A stretch of 64,000 bases of DNA from Oscillospiraceae bacterium. GTDB taxonomy: Bacteria; Bacillota; Clostridia; Oscillospirales; CAG-272. Each line of letters starts with the position of its first letter. Position 1 is the first letter of the stretch. The position numbers and the translations under genes are program-made. Shown one piece after another: positions 16,533 to 25,140 of the stretch. The stretch lies in assembly GCA_015064785.1 (NCBI GenBank), contig SVRM01000001.1, forward strand, positions 349-64,348, in the 5' to 3' direction. The notes below the pieces were generated by a model. It worked only from the letters and a program-made list of their open reading frames with translations, was not told where the DNA came from and ran no database searches.

Positions 16533-17591
16533 ATGAAACACACCAAAACCAGCGTTCTTTTGCTGTTGACTGCATTTTTTCTGTCGGTACTCTTTTCATC
16601 CTGTGCATTACGCGAAACAAAATTTACCGCGTATTCGCTGGATTACTTTGACACGGCAACCACAATCACAGGATACGCCGAGGACAGAGCTGCCTTTGAC
16701 AGCATCAGCAATGACATCCTTTCTGTTCTCGGCGAATATCACCGGTTGTATACAATCTATCACCACTATGACGATATGGAAAATCTCTGTACCGTCAATA
16801 CGCTGGAAAACGGCGTTCACCGCACAGTTCCGGTGGACCGACGCATCACGGACATGCTGCTGTACGCAAAGGATATGTATGCGCTGACGGACGGAAGGAT
16901 GAACATTGCAATGGGCAGTGTTCTATCGATCTGGCACGATTATCGCACCGCAGGTCTGGACGAGCCGTCCGCCGCTGCATTGCCGTCGATGGAGGAGCTG
17001 TCACGAGCTGCACTGCATACAAATATCGACGATCTGGTCATCGACGAAGAAGCGGGCACTGTCTTTCTGGCAGACCCGGACATGACGCTGGATGTCGGTG
17101 CGATTGCCAAAGGCTATGCCGTTGAGATGGCAGCACAGATGCTGGAGGAACGCGGTATTTCCGGATATGTCATCAATGTCGGCGGCAATGTGCGCACCGT
17201 CGGAAGCAAGCCGGACGGCTCTCCCTGGCTTGCCGGTATTGAAAATCCGAACCCGACGGACGATGCGCCGTATGTCGGTTATCTGCATCTTACAGGGGAA
17301 TCCATTGTCACAAGCGGAACGTATCAGCGGTACTATATGGTGGATGGCAAAAGCTATCACCACATCATTGATGCGGACACACTCTTCCCGGCTGAAGGAT
17401 ATCTGTCGATCTCGATTGTGTGCAAGAATTCGGCACTGGGAGACGCATTGTCCACGGCGCTGTTCTGCATGACGCCGGAGGACGGTCTGGCACTGGTGGA
17501 ACGTCTTGCAGACGTGGAAGCACTCTGGATTCTGGCAGATGAGTCAAGACAGTATTCCTCCGGTTTTGCAGCGTATCTGACAGAGCCGTGA
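16533..17591 (+). CDS. apbE: FAD:protein FMN transferase (ApbE/Ftp family), lipoprotein
   Basis: 352 aa. Signal peptide plus lipobox (LSVLFSSC). ApbE blocks LDVGAIAKGYAVE, NVGGNV and TSGTYQRY..DGKSYHHIID. Confidence 0.9.
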   Translation: MKHTKTSVLLLLTAFFLSVLFSSCALRETKFTAYSLDYFDTATTITGYAEDRAAFDSISNDILSVLGEYHRLYTIYHHYDDMENLCTVNTLENGVHRTVPVDRRITDMLLYAKDMYALTDGRMNIAMGSVLSIWHDYRTAGLDEPSAAALPSMEELSRAALHTNIDDLVIDEEAGTVFLADPDMTLDVGAIAKGYAVEMAAQMLEERGISGYVINVGGNVRTVGSKPDGSPWLAGIENPNPTDDAPYVGYLHLTGESIVTSGTYQRYYMVDGKSYHHIIDADTLFPAEGYLSISIVCKNSALGDALSTALFCMTPEDGLALVERLADVEALWILADESRQYSSGFAAYLTEP

Positions 17592-17661
17592 ACAAAAATC
17601 AAGCATCATTGCATTACACAGAAAGGACGCTTTTCCTGGAGGAAAGCAACGTCGGACGATT

Positions 17662-18714
17662 ATGAACATTCATCAGAACTTTACCGGCGGAAATATCACC
17701 GTCACGAAGATAGACAATGACACTGTTTTTCTGGAACGTCAGATCCGCGATACGGATGGGGACTGGTTCTACTGGGCATTCTGTGCGGAAGGCTTTGCCG
17801 GCCACACAGTGACATTTGTTTTCCCGTCAGAATACCGCGTCGGGCGATACGGTGCTGCGGTCAGCCATGATCTGAAGGCATGGCATTGGAGTGAATCCGG
17901 CAGCGGAGACCGGTTCACCTACACCTTTGCATCGGATGAAACCTGTGTCTATTTTGCGCACGATATGTTATATCATCCGGATCGCTTCTATGCGTTCTGT
18001 GCCGACCGCGGACTGGAGCCGGAGCCATTCTGCAAATCTGAAAAAGGACGTGACCTGCCCTGTGTACGGTTTGGCTCTGGAGATCAGTGGATTTTGCTCA
18101 CCGCGCGGCATCATGCATGTGAATCGACCGGAGGATATGTACTCGAGGGTGTGATTGATACGATGCTGTCAGAACTTCCAGCAGAATATTCCGTGTTGGC
18201 AGTTCCGTTTGTGGATCTGGACGGTGTTTTAGACGGTGATCAGGGGAAAAACCGCCGATCGCACGACCACAACCAGGATTATGATGACACCCCCGTTTAT
18301 GAAGTTACCGCGGCTCTGAAGGCATTCAGCCGTGAACATGCCCTCAGCTGTACTTTTGATTTCCATTCGCCGTGGCACATCGGTCCGCAGAACGATCATA
18401 TCTTCTTCAGCCACAGCACCGAAGCCATGAAGCCGCACGCCGATCGCTTCGGAGAACGACTGGCAGCGGATACCGCACACCTGCCTCTGCGCTATACCGG
18501 AAACTGGGATGTTGGTCCGAATGAGCAATGGAACAACGAAAACAGCATCAACTCCAAAAACTATTATTCCCGTCTGCCCGGTGTCCGACTGACTGTCACC
18601 ATAGAAACGCCGTATTTCGGTGTGGATGACGGAAAAATTTCGCAGGATGCCATGCTGATCTTCGGCCGAACCTGCGGAAACAGCATTGCCGCTCATATCC
18701 GCGATGGTCTTTGA
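17662..18714 (+). CDS. M14-family metallocarboxypeptidase-like protein (cytosolic carboxypeptidase-like, with N-terminal beta-sandwich)
   Basis: 350 aa. N-terminal FTGGNITV resembles the FESGNL-type N-domain. ARHHACESTG supplies a candidate HxxE zinc motif. No signal peptide. Confidence 0.5.
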   Translation: MNIHQNFTGGNITVTKIDNDTVFLERQIRDTDGDWFYWAFCAEGFAGHTVTFVFPSEYRVGRYGAAVSHDLKAWHWSESGSGDRFTYTFASDETCVYFAHDMLYHPDRFYAFCADRGLEPEPFCKSEKGRDLPCVRFGSGDQWILLTARHHACESTGGYVLEGVIDTMLSELPAEYSVLAVPFVDLDGVLDGDQGKNRRSHDHNQDYDDTPVYEVTAALKAFSREHALSCTFDFHSPWHIGPQNDHIFFSHSTEAMKPHADRFGERLAADTAHLPLRYTGNWDVGPNEQWNNENSINSKNYYSRLPGVRLTVTIETPYFGVDDGKISQDAMLIFGRTCGNSIAAHIRDGL

Positions 18715-18752
18715 TATAAAAAACCATATTTCACAAATTTTCAGAAAACAGG

Positions 18753-18781
18753 TTGCAAAAATCCCGCTGCTGTGATATAAT
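18753..18781 (+). promoter_or_regulatory. Candidate sigma-A promoter for solute-binding lipoprotein 1
   Basis: TTGCAA, 17 bp, TATAAT with TGa extended -10. Confidence 0.45.
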
Positions 18782-18871
18782 ATTATAACATATTCGATCC
18801 TATTTCTTTCTACACTGTCAGACACAGACCCTCTCAGGTTATAACAAATACATAACAGGAGGTATCTCAAT

Positions 18872-20374
18872 ATGAGAGACCATGCGATGAAACAGTCGGT
18901 ACTCGCTCTGGTTTTACTGTCCATGCTCGCGGCATCTGCGGTATCCTGCGGCGGCTCCGCATCCGGAACAACAGAAACCGGAACAGCGGCAAAAGAAACC
19001 GAAACAGCCCCGGTCACGGAAGCGGTCACAGAAGACCCTGCCCTGCGCGATTCTCTGCCGGAAGCGGATCTTGGCGGTGCGCCGTTCCGTATGACCATCT
19101 TCGGCACTGATCTGAACCGTCCGCAGACATATGTTGACGCGCAGGACGGCAACATTGTCAACGATGCTGTTTACTCGAAAATCCGCACGGTTGAGGAACG
19201 CTTCAACACCGATATTGTCCTGACCGAAATGAGTTATCTTGAGGAAAATCACGTGTCGGCCCTCAAGCAGGCGATTCTGGCAGGTGACGACTCGACGGAT
19301 CTGGCACAGGGTCATGACGTCAATATGGCAAACGCAGCGATGGAAGGCTTGTTTATCAATGCGCTTGATATCCCGCATTTAGACTTCTCCAAGCCCTGGT
19401 GGCCTGCCGCAACGAGAGAAAGCATGACTGTTGCCGGTCAGATGTACATGATGTTCAACAACATCGGCTACAACAACCTCGCCCAGACACGTGTCATGTA
19501 CTTCAACAAGAATCTGATGAAGGAGCTCGATTTTGAGTTTCCGTATCAGATGGTATATGACGGCACCTGGACACTGGATGCGATGAACGAGATGACCGCA
19601 CAGGCTTACCGTGATCTCAACGGTAACGGTGAGATTGACAATGCCGACCAGTTCGGCTATGTCAGTATGCCGTATTATTACGGTATTTTCGAGCCGTTCC
19701 GTGTCGAGCCGTACCGCAAGGATGCCGACGGCAATCTGTATTATGAGGTTTATCTGGAACGCACGACGCAGGTTGTTGAAAAAATGTACGATATGATCTT
19801 TGGCGAGGGCGGCTATCTGTATCCTTCCAAAGATTCCGATTATCAGGATCAGGTACTGAATCTGTTCTGCGAGGACCGTTCCCTGTTCTTCTATGGACCG
19901 ATGGAAAATGCCGTTAAGAATTTTTCCTCCGCCAATGACCTGTCCTACGGTATTCTTCCGATGCCCAAGCTCGATGCGTCTGAGGATGGCTACTACGGTG
20001 CCGCGTTTGACCGTCCGTTCGTTGTTCCGACAACCGCTGAGGGCAATCTCGACAACATCGGTCTGATCATTGAAGCGCTCAATGCGGAAGGCTACAAGCA
20101 GGTCTTCCCGGCATATTATGAAATTGCCATGAAGACGCGGTATGCTGACCAGACAGACGACGCAAAGATGATTGATATTGTCCACGATAATGTCATTATT
20201 TCGTTTACCTACATCCATGACAACTATACCAGTGTCTACGGCAAGATGCTGTGGGAGCTGTTCAACGCCAGCAATCCGTCCAAGGACGTTGCTTCCTGGT
20301 GTGCAAAGAACGAGCTGTCACAGACCAAGCGCGTCGAAAAGCTGATGCAGTTCTTTGAAAAGCAGAAGAACTGA
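18872..20374 (+). CDS. Large extracellular solute-binding lipoprotein (ABC SBP family 1, LplA-like), paralogue 1
   Basis: 500 aa. Lipoprotein signal (LAASAVSCGG). Blocks shared with the ORFs at 40014 and 43133: INDAVYSKIRTVEERF, WW, DGTWTLDAM, DLNGNG. AGGAGG RBS upstream. Confidence 0.8.
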   Translation: MRDHAMKQSVLALVLLSMLAASAVSCGGSASGTTETGTAAKETETAPVTEAVTEDPALRDSLPEADLGGAPFRMTIFGTDLNRPQTYVDAQDGNIVNDAVYSKIRTVEERFNTDIVLTEMSYLEENHVSALKQAILAGDDSTDLAQGHDVNMANAAMEGLFINALDIPHLDFSKPWWPAATRESMTVAGQMYMMFNNIGYNNLAQTRVMYFNKNLMKELDFEFPYQMVYDGTWTLDAMNEMTAQAYRDLNGNGEIDNADQFGYVSMPYYYGIFEPFRVEPYRKDADGNLYYEVYLERTTQVVEKMYDMIFGEGGYLYPSKDSDYQDQVLNLFCEDRSLFFYGPMENAVKNFSSANDLSYGILPMPKLDASEDGYYGAAFDRPFVVPTTAEGNLDNIGLIIEALNAEGYKQVFPAYYEIAMKTRYADQTDDAKMIDIVHDNVIISFTYIHDNYTSVYGKMLWELFNASNPSKDVASWCAKNELSQTKRVEKLMQFFEKQKN

Positions 20375-20397
20375 CCGCAAAAAAATCCAAAAAAGCA

Positions 20398-20450
20398 GGG
20401 TCTGCTGCATTGACGGGCGTTATCAGGCGCACAGTCAATGGGGCAGACCC
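20398..20450. terminator. Long hairpin between convergent genes (bidirectional terminator)
   Basis: GGGTCTGCTGCATTGAC...GTCAATGGGGCAGACCC, with A-rich sequence upstream and T-rich sequence downstream. Confidence 0.55.
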
Positions 20451-20457
20451 ATTCTGT

Positions 20458-21405
20458 TTATTTGTGATCGATGAGTGCTTCTTCCATGTGCCGTGCGAGC
20501 AGATCCATTGCGCGGATGCACTCGATGTCATATTCCCGGAGATCGGATTGGGGACGCTTGCGTGTGACAATGCTGTCAAGGGGCAGACCGGCGATCTCGC
20601 GGAGATGGTACTTCGCTGTGACAGGATAGGCGAGTGATTCTGTGAATGCAGCGGTACCGAGGAATGCTTGTACCAGTTCGGCTTTCTGCGGCTCCTGCTC
20701 AAAATGCGAACACAGCCAAGCATACAGCGCCGGGTGGAAGTTGCACATGACACCGCAGTATCCGGCAGCACCGGAGCGCATCGATGAAAGCAGTGTCTGA
20801 GCACTGGCGTTGTATAGCTGCATCGGCGTGCCGCGCAGAAGTTCACAGCGATGCGCCATCAGCGCGGCATCACAGCAAGTATCCTTCATATAAGCAAACC
20901 GTCCGGATTGTGCGCAGAAAGATAACATTCTGTCACTCATCAGCCGCTTGTACGGATACGGACATTCATACACACCAAGTGATATCTGCGGAAGCGCATT
21001 CATCAGCCGCGCAGTATCTGCAATCCACGCATCGTCTCCGGTATTGGCAATGTCCATCCGGTTGGAAATGAGAATCAGCGTATCAATGCCGGTATCGGCG
21101 ACTGCCAAAAGCTCATATACCTGTTCCTCAAACGTATCGGAAACATGACCTGAGGCGACAATTTTCATCTTCGGACGCTCGGGATGCGCCGCTGCAATCT
21201 CGGCAGCACGGTCCACCACGGTCTTTGTCAGAAGGACACGTTCCGCAACGCTGAGATTGAAGATTTCGCTGGACTGACACGCGGTGAAAATTCCCCCGCA
21301 TCCAGCTTCTGCATACCAGTCGCACATGGCACGGACAGCGCCCGTGTCTATATGGTTGTCTTGTGTAAACGGTGTAATCATCGTTGGAAATGCACTGCAA
21401 TTCAT
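20458..21405 (-). CDS. Dihydrodipicolinate synthase/N-acetylneuraminate lyase family (DapA-like) protein
   Basis: Start set at ATG 21405 (MNCSAFPTMITPFTQDNHID), behind GGAGGAG. The first 49 codons of listed ORF 20458..21552 are Arg/Cys-rich, read like noise, and overlap a terminator. Confidence 0.7.
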   Translation of the reverse strand: MNCSAFPTMITPFTQDNHIDTGAVRAMCDWYAEAGCGGIFTACQSSEIFNLSVAERVLLTKTVVDRAAEIAAAHPERPKMKIVASGHVSDTFEEQVYELLAVADTGIDTLILISNRMDIANTGDDAWIADTARLMNALPQISLGVYECPYPYKRLMSDRMLSFCAQSGRFAYMKDTCCDAALMAHRCELLRGTPMQLYNASAQTLLSSMRSGAAGYCGVMCNFHPALYAWLCSHFEQEPQKAELVQAFLGTAAFTESLAYPVTAKYHLREIAGLPLDSIVTRKRPQSDLREYDIECIRAMDLLARHMEEALIDHK

Positions 21406-21445
21406 ACTGTAACTCCTCCACTGTTGGGTTATCCTACTGTTATCC

Positions 21446-21474
21446 ATTATACCGCATGACGCCGTGGTTGTCAA
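21446..21474 (-). promoter_or_regulatory. Candidate consensus sigma-A promoter for the DapA-like gene
   Basis: On the minus strand: TTGACA (21474..21469), 17 bp, TATAAT (21451..21446). Confidence 0.5.
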
Positions 21475-21484
21475 GAAGAACCAA

Positions 21485-21530
21485 CAAAAAAACGAACGCT
21501 GCCGTGAGCAGGATCCTCTCGGGCAGCGTT
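21485..21530 (-). terminator. Intrinsic terminator after the Na/Pi cotransporter gene
   Basis: On the minus strand: AACGCTGCC...GGCAGCGTT stem followed by a TTTTTTT run. Confidence 0.65.
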
Positions 21531-21538
21531 TACGCGTT

Positions 21539-23239
21539 TTATGATTCTGCAATCAGGTGACTTTCTCTCTGCGAGCCAATCGGATTGGTGACACTGTAAC
21601 CGACATTGACCAGATGGTCAGCGACACGTTCCAGACCGGCAACCAACGAGGAGTAGTACGGACTGACATCTACGTTGCAGTTGCCTTCTGCCAGACGTGC
21701 AAAATGGCTGGCAATCAGCTGCTTCTTCATAGTGTCGACGCCTTCTTCAAGCTCCGTCAGCTTCAGAAGCTGATCCTTGTTCAGATTTTCAAAGGCATCC
21801 TTGGCAATTTCAAACATCTGCAGCACGCTGATGCGCATGTTTAAGATTTCACCGCGCGCTTTCTCGGAGAAAGCGATCTTCTTGCCGATCATTTCAACAC
21901 CGATTTCATGAAAATTCTCTGCATGATCGCCGATGCGTTCCAGGTCATTGAGAACGTGGAAATACGTACCAATGACGCGTTCATCGCTTTGCTCGACATT
22001 GACTGACAGCTTGATTAAGAATTTGTTCAGGGCGCTGTTGGTAAAGTCGATGATCTCCTCGTTCTTGCGGATGAGCTCACCGTATTCCGCGGAACCGGTA
22101 TCGATGGAGTTGAAGGAGCATCTGATGTTTTCCTCAACCAACGCAATCATGTGGTCCATTTCCTTTTTGACCTGCATCAGAGCGACAGGCGGCGTTTTCA
22201 GAAGTCGGTCGTCGACATACTTGAGGGAAAGTGTTTCCTCAGATTCCTTTTTGTCATGGATGACCATGCAGGAGTAGTTGACAAGCTGATGAACAAACGG
22301 GAGAAGAACTGCCGTGGTTGTCACGTTGAAAATGACATGGAACAGCGACACGCGCATTTGCAGCGACATCGGATCGCTGCCCGGGAAAATCGAAACCAGA
22401 AAATTGACGAACACATCTTTGAAAATCCAAAGAACCGCGGTAAAGAGAACCGTACCGATGACGTTGAATGTAAAGTGAATCAGTGCAACACGCTTGGAGT
22501 TTGCATTGGCACCGACGGAGGCAAGCAGTGCAGTCACACAGGTACCGATATTGGCACCGAGGACGATAAACAGCGCCAGCTCGAGCGGAAGAACACCTGT
22601 CCCGACCATCGTGATGACGACACCGGTGGAAGCAGAGGAGCTCTGAATCAGCGCTGTAAAGATGATACCGACTACAATCAGAAGCAGCGGGAAGTCGATT
22701 CTCTGGAAAATACCGGTGAACAGCTCCTCAACCAGAGGATTACCAAAAGCCTGTTCACTGCTCATGACCTCCAGACCGACGAAGATCATACCCAGACCGC
22801 AGCAGAGACTGCCGGCGATTTTGATTTTTTCCTGCTTGACAAACCCCATCATAACGCCGGCAAATGCAAGCAGATACATGACCATATTGAAATAATCGTT
22901 TTTCAGCGCGACCAGAACACCGGTGATGGTTGTACCGATATTGGCACCCATGATGATCGGTGTTGCCTGCATAAGCGTCATAACACCGGCGTTGACAAGA
23001 CCGATGACCATGACAGACGTAGCGGACGAGCTCTGAATGATCGCCGTGACACCGGCACCGATACCAACGCCGGAAAAACGGTTGTTGCTGATTTTTTCCA
23101 GCAGCTTCTTCATACCGCTGCCGGCACTCTTTTCCAGTGCATCACCCAAAAAATTCATGCCGACGATAAATACACCGACACCTGCCAGAAGCCAGATCAG
23201 GCTCTGCACTAACTGCAAAATTTCATCTGCGGATAACAT
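21539..23239 (-). CDS. Na/Pi cotransporter family protein with C-terminal PhoU-like repeats
   Basis: Polytopic N-terminal half (GANIGTTITG and GANIGTCVTA repeats), PhoU-like C-terminal half (ERIGDHAEN, LERVADHLVN). Start at ATG 23239 behind AAAGGAAGAG. Confidence 0.85.
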   Translation of the reverse strand: MLSADEILQLVQSLIWLLAGVGVFIVGMNFLGDALEKSAGSGMKKLLEKISNNRFSGVGIGAGVTAIIQSSSATSVMVIGLVNAGVMTLMQATPIIMGANIGTTITGVLVALKNDYFNMVMYLLAFAGVMMGFVKQEKIKIAGSLCCGLGMIFVGLEVMSSEQAFGNPLVEELFTGIFQRIDFPLLLIVVGIIFTALIQSSSASTGVVITMVGTGVLPLELALFIVLGANIGTCVTALLASVGANANSKRVALIHFTFNVIGTVLFTAVLWIFKDVFVNFLVSIFPGSDPMSLQMRVSLFHVIFNVTTTAVLLPFVHQLVNYSCMVIHDKKESEETLSLKYVDDRLLKTPPVALMQVKKEMDHMIALVEENIRCSFNSIDTGSAEYGELIRKNEEIIDFTNSALNKFLIKLSVNVEQSDERVIGTYFHVLNDLERIGDHAENFHEIGVEMIGKKIAFSEKARGEILNMRISVLQMFEIAKDAFENLNKDQLLKLTELEEGVDTMKKQLIASHFARLAEGNCNVDVSPYYSSLVAGLERVADHLVNVGYSVTNPIGSQRESHLIAES

Positions 23240-23334
23240 GTTTCTCTTCCTTTCAGCAAATAACGCAGGTAAAACCAATTTTTACCCATGATACAATATT
23301 ATATCACACAATCGGCAAAGATGGAGCAAAGAAG

Positions 23335-23367
23335 AAAAACGAACCGATGATATCATCGATCCGTTTT
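23335..23367 (-). terminator. Intrinsic terminator after the response-regulator gene
   Basis: On the minus strand: AACGGATCGATGAT/ATCATCGGTTCGTT imperfect stem followed by TTTTT. Confidence 0.5.
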
Positions 23368-23381
23368 ACATATGATTTGGT

Positions 23382-24092
23382 TCACTCTCCGTCCATGCGG
23401 TATCCGACGCCGAGTTCATTGACAATATAACTGATCTCACCCGGCTTGGCACCGAATTTCTTCCGGATATTTGCCATGTTGACCTGGAGTTTTTTGATGC
23501 TGTTTTCATTGGTTGGTTCGTGCCAGACGGCTTTGATGATTGCGGAATATGTCATCACTTTTCCGCAATGTGCAGACAGGAACACAACGATGTTGTATTC
23601 GGTCTGTGTCAGCTTGATTTCTTCCTCTCCGATGCGAATCCGCCGCGCATCGTAGTCAATGGACATGTCACCGCATCGAAAACTACCGCCCGGCAGTTTC
23701 CCCTCGGCAGCACTGTAGCGCGAGGTGCGCAGTGACGAGCGGATTCTTGCAAGAAGCTCTGCTGAACCGAACGGTTTGGTAATGTAATCGTTGGCGCCGA
23801 GATCGAGCGCATGTACCTTTTCATTCTCATCGCTCCGGGCGGACAACACGATCACCGGTGTCAGCTCCTTTTGGCGGAGTCTGCGCAGAAACACGGTTCC
23901 GTCCCGATCCGGAAGACCGAGATCGAGAATCACAAGATCGGGCAAATGCGATGCACACAGCATTTCCGCCTCGGCACAGCTTGCGGCAAGAACGACCTGA
24001 TAATCGTTTGCCTCCAGCAGAGCGCTGACAAAGGTCTGGATATTGGTTTCATCTTCCACTAAGAGTATTTTATATTTATTGTTGCTGTTCAT
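23382..24092 (-). CDS. OmpR-family response regulator (KdpE-like)
   Basis: 236 aa. Receiver domain (ILLVEDE, DLVILDLGLPD, SARSDE, KPF) plus winged-helix output domain. Confidence 0.9.
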   Translation of the reverse strand: MNSNNKYKILLVEDETNIQTFVSALLEANDYQVVLAASCAEAEMLCASHLPDLVILDLGLPDRDGTVFLRRLRQKELTPVIVLSARSDENEKVHALDLGANDYITKPFGSAELLARIRSSLRTSRYSAAEGKLPGGSFRCGDMSIDYDARRIRIGEEEIKLTQTEYNIVVFLSAHCGKVMTYSAIIKAVWHEPTNENSIKKLQVNMANIRKKFGAKPGEISYIVNELGVGYRMDGE

Positions 24093-25140
24093 GCCCCTCT
24101 ACCTCATCTGTTCTCAGTGCAAAGCGGAAGACCGCACCGCCGCCGCTTCTGTTTTCTGCGCTGATGGTTCCACCGTGCGCCTTGATGATCGTAGCGCAGA
24201 CGGACAGCCCAATGCCTGCATTCCGTTTTTGTGTATCAGCTTTTTCTGTATTGATATCATAATATCCGGTGAAAAGATGCTCCAGACGTTCACGTGGTAT
24301 CCCGCAGCCATCATCTTCGATTTCAAAGATCGCATTTTCCTGCTCTGTCCTGACACGCAGGGTCAGCGTTGTGAAATCACCCGCGTGATGGATGGCGTTT
24401 TCAAGCATATTAATGATGACCTGTTCGATCAGCATGGCATCCATCGGGATAACGACAAGTGAATCCGGGAGTGAAAGGCTGATATGCTGCGCCGGATAGC
24501 GTTTTCTGAATTTCAGAATCACCGCATCAATCAGTTCTTCAAGCACGGTCGGTGTCTTGATGAGCTTGACATTGCCGCTGTCGATGCGTGTGATGGACAG
24601 CAGATTTTCCACCATACGGATCAGCCAGTCCGCATCTTCCCTGATGCCGCCGATCATCTGCATTTTCTGTATATCGCTCAGCCGTTCATAGTTGTCGAGA
24701 ATCGACGAGCTTGCGCCGTAGATGGTGGTCAGCGGTGTGCGCAGATCGTGCGAAACCGCGCGGAGCAGATTGGCGCGCATCCGTTCCATTTCGCCTTCCG
24801 CCTTTACCGTTTTCCAGTGCTTGAGCTGCGTTGTGATGGCGCTTGTCAGAACGGAAATGATCACCATAACGGCGGCGGAAAAGATGCTTTCCGATGCAGA
24901 AAAGTCAACATCAAAATACGGATAGGTAAATGCATAATTGATGAACAACACAGCGGAAAAGCCTGCGAATATCCCCCAGACATATCCGTCTGTCAGCAAG
25001 GAGATCAAAAATACGGAAAATACGTAAGCTGTGGTAATATGCTCCCAGATTTCAAAGACATCCTTCAAAAGGAATCCGAATCCGTAAGTCAGCGTCAGAA
25101 TACCGACGGTAACTACTGCGTTTTTCAGGTGCTTGTTCAT
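24076..25140 (-). CDS. Sensor histidine kinase resembling the C-terminal half of KdpD (DUF4118 membrane domain + HisKA + HATPase)
   Basis: H-box AVSHDLRTPLTTI, N-box MLENAIHH, G-box GIGLSVC. Membrane block INYAFTYPYFDVDF. Start at ATG 25140, in an ATGA overlap with the symporter stop. Confidence 0.85.
   Translation of the reverse strand: MNKHLKNAVVTVGILTLTYGFGFLLKDVFEIWEHITTAYVFSVFLISLLTDGYVWGIFAGFSAVLFINYAFTYPYFDVDFSASESIFSAAVMVIISVLTSAITTQLKHWKTVKAEGEMERMRANLLRAVSHDLRTPLTTIYGASSSILDNYERLSDIQKMQMIGGIREDADWLIRMVENLLSITRIDSGNVKLIKTPTVLEELIDAVILKFRKRYPAQHISLSLPDSLVVIPMDAMLIEQVIINMLENAIHHAGDFTTLTLRVRTEQENAIFEIEDDGCGIPRERLEHLFTGYYDINTEKADTQKRNAGIGLSVCATIIKAHGGTISAENRSGGGAVFRFALRTDEVEGHEQQQ

Noticed and set aside
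21406-21552. N-terminal 49 codons of listed ORF 20458..21552. Similar 5' extensions occur in 47074..47730, 54600..55565, 26680..28149, 46137..47021 and 40014..41507.
   Set aside because: The extensions cross promoters or terminators or the upstream gene and are Arg/Cys-rich. In each case an internal ATG with a GGAGG-type RBS coincides with the start of the conserved domain.
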